A DNA stretch of 64,000 bases, from assembly GCA_963700425.1 (NCBI GenBank), contig CAVOXO010000010.1, positions 40,666 to 104,665 of the forward strand. Direction: 5' to 3'. This DNA comes from an uncultured Microthrixaceae bacterium. GTDB taxonomy: Bacteria > Actinomycetota > Acidimicrobiia > Acidimicrobiales > Microtrichaceae. A program made the translations under genes and the position numbers. Below the pieces are notes generated by a model. That model did not search any database. It was not told the DNA's origin and saw nothing but the letters and a program-made list of their open reading frames with translations. Below, one piece after another: positions 61,897 to 64,000 of the stretch. Position 1 is the stretch's first letter. Each line of letters starts with the position of its first letter.

Positions 61897-62601
61897 TCAG
61901 CCCTCGGCGAACGACCTGAAGACGTCAAGGTCGCCGAAGGTGTCGAGCGGTTCGACATCGAGCCGGCCCCATACCGCGAGGTACAGGTCGCTGAGGGTCG
62001 CTCGGATCGCGACGTCGCCCTTCGCGTGGCGTCGCGACCAGGTCAACGGATCACCGGGCTCGATGAGCCATTCACCGTCGACGTCGGGGTCGGTTCCGTG
62101 GAGGTGAATCGATCCTGTCGGTCCGCTCTCCCGCATCGCTCTGACGTCGAGGAACTCGTCGATTCCGTCGGCCGCGACCGCGGGCGGTATCGGTCGTGGC
62201 GACCCCGCAGCGTTGTCGAGGTCCCATCGATGAACCGCGGTCTCCAGGCTGATCCGGCGACGGAACCACGAGACGGGTCGAGGTCCGGCCCAACTCGATC
62301 GGATCAGATCGGGATCGAGTGCGGACGCGTCGGCGTGGAACCCGCGGGCGCCGTCGACCAGCCAGTCCCGAATACCGTCGGCATCCTCCGGAGCGCGGTC
62401 CTCGGGGTAGGGGGGCAGATCCACACTCTCCGATCGGAGGCAGGCGGCCATCCATCGATGGACGGAGCCGAGATGATTCGCCAGTTGTCGGGTCGTCCAG
62501 TCAGGACAGGTGGGCACGACCCGATCGGGGTCGATGACCGCCGATGTCAACATCTCGATCTCCGAATCGAGGTTGGCGAGATGGTCCGGATCGGTGCTCA
62601 C
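61897..62601 (-). CDS. Mycothiol-dependent maleylpyruvate-isomerase-family / DinB-like protein
   Basis: PDWTTRQLANHLGSVHRWMAACL (DinB-fold N-terminal motif). GTG 62601 overlaps the upstream stop. Confidence 0.65.
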   Translation of the reverse strand: MSTDPDHLANLDSEIEMLTSAVIDPDRVVPTCPDWTTRQLANHLGSVHRWMAACLRSESVDLPPYPEDRAPEDADGIRDWLVDGARGFHADASALDPDLIRSSWAGPRPVSWFRRRISLETAVHRWDLDNAAGSPRPIPPAVAADGIDEFLDVRAMRESGPTGSIHLHGTDPDVDGEWLIEPGDPLTWSRRHAKGDVAIRATLSDLYLAVWGRLDVEPLDTFGDLDVFRSFAEG

Positions 62602-63371
62602 GTCGTCGCTCCGTTCAGCACGTGGAGGATCGGGGCATGCAAGACACCGTTGGTGGCCAGAGCACTTCCCGCCCTCGCCACGTCGCCTCCGTCGAGCGAC
62701 GTCAGCGTCCCGCCGGCCTCGGGGATGATGACCCGGACCGGAGCGACGTCCCAGATCGCGAGTTCGGGGTCCACCATCGCCTGGGCCCTGCCCGTGGCCA
62801 CGAGCGCATAGCCGTAACCGTCTCCCCACGTGCGCATCTTCATCCCCGAGCCCCGGAGCCGGGCGAGCATCTCGTTCTCCCAGTGGTCGAACCCCGACGT
62901 CGTGAGGAGGGCGTTCGACAGATCGGTCTCGTCGTCGACGTGGCAGCGCACGCCGTTGAGGTGGCAACCGGTTCCGCGGGCGGCCGACACCACCTCGTCG
63001 ATGGCGGGGATGTTGATGATTCCGACCAGTGGGCCGTCCCGGTCCTCGACCGCCAGCAGCGAGCAGTAGAGCGGTACTCCATGGGTGAACGCCGCGGTAC
63101 CGTCGATCGGGTCGATGATCCACCGCCGTCCGGTGGTGCCCGGAGTCTCGCCGTGCTCCTCGCCCAGGATGGCGTCGTCGGGGAAGCGAGCACGGATGCT
63201 GTCGATGATGAGGGACTCGGTCTCACGATCTGCGGCAGTGACGGGGGAGCCGTCGTGTTTGTGTTCGACGGCGAGTTCGTAGTCCCGGTAGAAGGTCAGC
63301 GTGTGAGCGCCTGCTCGTCGGCTGATGTCGACGGCGAGTTCCAGCAGGGTCGAGTTGTCGGACGTGGTCAT
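62598..63371 (-). CDS. Inositol monophosphatase-family phosphatase (possibly histidinol-phosphatase HisN)
   Basis: ILGEE, WIIDPIDGTAAF, WDVAP. Confidence 0.8.
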   Translation of the reverse strand: MTTSDNSTLLELAVDISRRAGAHTLTFYRDYELAVEHKHDGSPVTAADRETESLIIDSIRARFPDDAILGEEHGETPGTTGRRWIIDPIDGTAAFTHGVPLYCSLLAVEDRDGPLVGIINIPAIDEVVSAARGTGCHLNGVRCHVDDETDLSNALLTTSGFDHWENEMLARLRGSGMKMRTWGDGYGYALVATGRAQAMVDPELAIWDVAPVRVIIPEAGGTLTSLDGGDVARAGSALATNGVLHAPILHVLNGATT

Positions 63372-63455
63372 CCCGACATTGTTCCACCCGTGCCGATCGG
63401 ACCATTTGTCCGACCATTTCTCACGCTCCGTTCGCGCTGTACCGATCACTTCGGG

Positions 63456-63773
63456 ATGGTCCTGGTCACGATGACGTGTTCCCACTGCGGACCTGTCGAG
63501 GTTCCGCTCGATCGGGTCGTGCTGTCCGTCGACGACACGACGGCCGCGGCGCGGTGCATCATGCGGTGTCCGGGCTGTCTCGGTCGTATGGAGCGGGCAG
63601 CATGCGATGCGATGGCCGTTGCCATGGTGATGGTCGGAGCGGTGGTGACGCCTGGGGGATCCGGTTCGGGAGATCGCCCGGGGTCGCTCCCACCGCTCAC
63701 CGCGGCGGATGCGGAGCGATTTCGACTCGATCTGGAGGCGGCGCAGCCCGAGGAGCTGGTCCCAGGGTTGTAA
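63456..63773 (+). CDS. Hypothetical small protein with CxxC...CxxC
   Basis: MVLVTMTCSHCGPVEV...RCPGCLGRM. Forms the 3' part of ORF 62544..63773. Confidence 0.3.
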   Translation: MVLVTMTCSHCGPVEVPLDRVVLSVDDTTAAARCIMRCPGCLGRMERAACDAMAVAMVMVGAVVTPGGSGSGDRPGSLPPLTAADAERFRLDLEAAQPEELVPGL

Positions 63774-63825
63774 ACCTGACAAATATGAGTTGTTTAGTCA
63801 CCTTTAGCTGCCTACACTCCGTAGC

Positions 63826-64000
63826 ATGGCTCTGACTTCCGTTCTCGAGTTCCCCGACACCGTCGACGAACGGTCGGCGCGCCTCGTCGCCGGCGGCGTC
63901 GTCACCATCTCGCTCGTCGCCCTGCTGGGTGATCAGCACTGGCTGTTCTTCGCTCTCGCGGCCGGATTCCTCCTCCGCGTCGCGTCGGGTCCCCGGTTCA
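63826..64000 (+). CDS. DUF4395-like membrane protein, N-terminal fragment (runs off the window)
   Basis: Own translation: MALTSVLEFPDTVDERSARLVAGGVVTISLVALLGDQHWLFFALAAGFLLRVASGPRF. Preceded by an AT-rich stretch with TTGTTT-17-TACACT. Confidence 0.5.
   Translation, partial: MALTSVLEFPDTVDERSARLVAGGVVTISLVALLGDQHWLFFALAAGFLLRVASGPRF

Overview
High-GC (roughly 68-70% by eye) Actinomycetota chromosome segment centred on the replication origin. The core is rpmH-rnpA-yidD-yidC-jag-rsmG-parA-parB on the minus strand, facing dnaA-dnaN-recF-DUF721(DciA-like)-gyrB-gyrA-DUF3566-tRNA-Ile on the plus strand.

Three other conserved actinobacterial blocks sit next to it. From my memory of M. tuberculosis H37Rv gene order, these are:
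- cca ... DUF6049-like, kinase, ECF sigma, anti-sigma, trxB, trxA, cwlM (Rv3907c-Rv3915-like)
- DUF5318-ponA ... rpsF-ssb-rpsR-rplI-dnaB (Rv0049-Rv0058-like)
- whiB plus two ArsA-like ATPases (Rv3679-3681c-like), and asd-ask

Also present are selA-selB, Fe-S assembly genes (erpA-like, mrp), two tRNAs (Pro-CGG, Ile-GAT) and various enzymes and lipoproteins. I saw no CRISPR array, transposase, integrase or obvious defence island, so this is core genome rather than an accessory region.

The most notable observations:
1. recF through gyrA (about 52.7-58.45 kb) holds a dense block of mostly +1 frame breaks, about 1 per 200 nt. The rest of the window has only about 7 isolated +1 breaks (selA, ask, nfeD, PPIase and others).
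2. A roughly 1-kb ORF-poor spacer lies between rsmG and parA, bracketed by two identical perfect parS palindromes.
3. DnaA-box clusters occur at oriC (dnaA-dnaN) and upstream of dnaA, but also downstream of parB, upstream of dnaB and upstream of gyrB.
4. A stand-alone, tail-anchored Ser/Thr kinase with an HRDLT catalytic loop sits where mycobacteria have the MurJ-pseudokinase fusion.
5. There is a divergent deacetylase/acetyltransferase pair.
6. There are unusual protein extensions: an alpha/beta hydrolase with an (AK)n basic tail, a long S18 tail and a poly-Pro ParA N-terminus.
7. Two sharp AT-rich islands lie inside cwlM and at the yidC 5' end.

All calls come from reading the sequence and the ORF translations. 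No database search was run, and family names are from memory of motifs.
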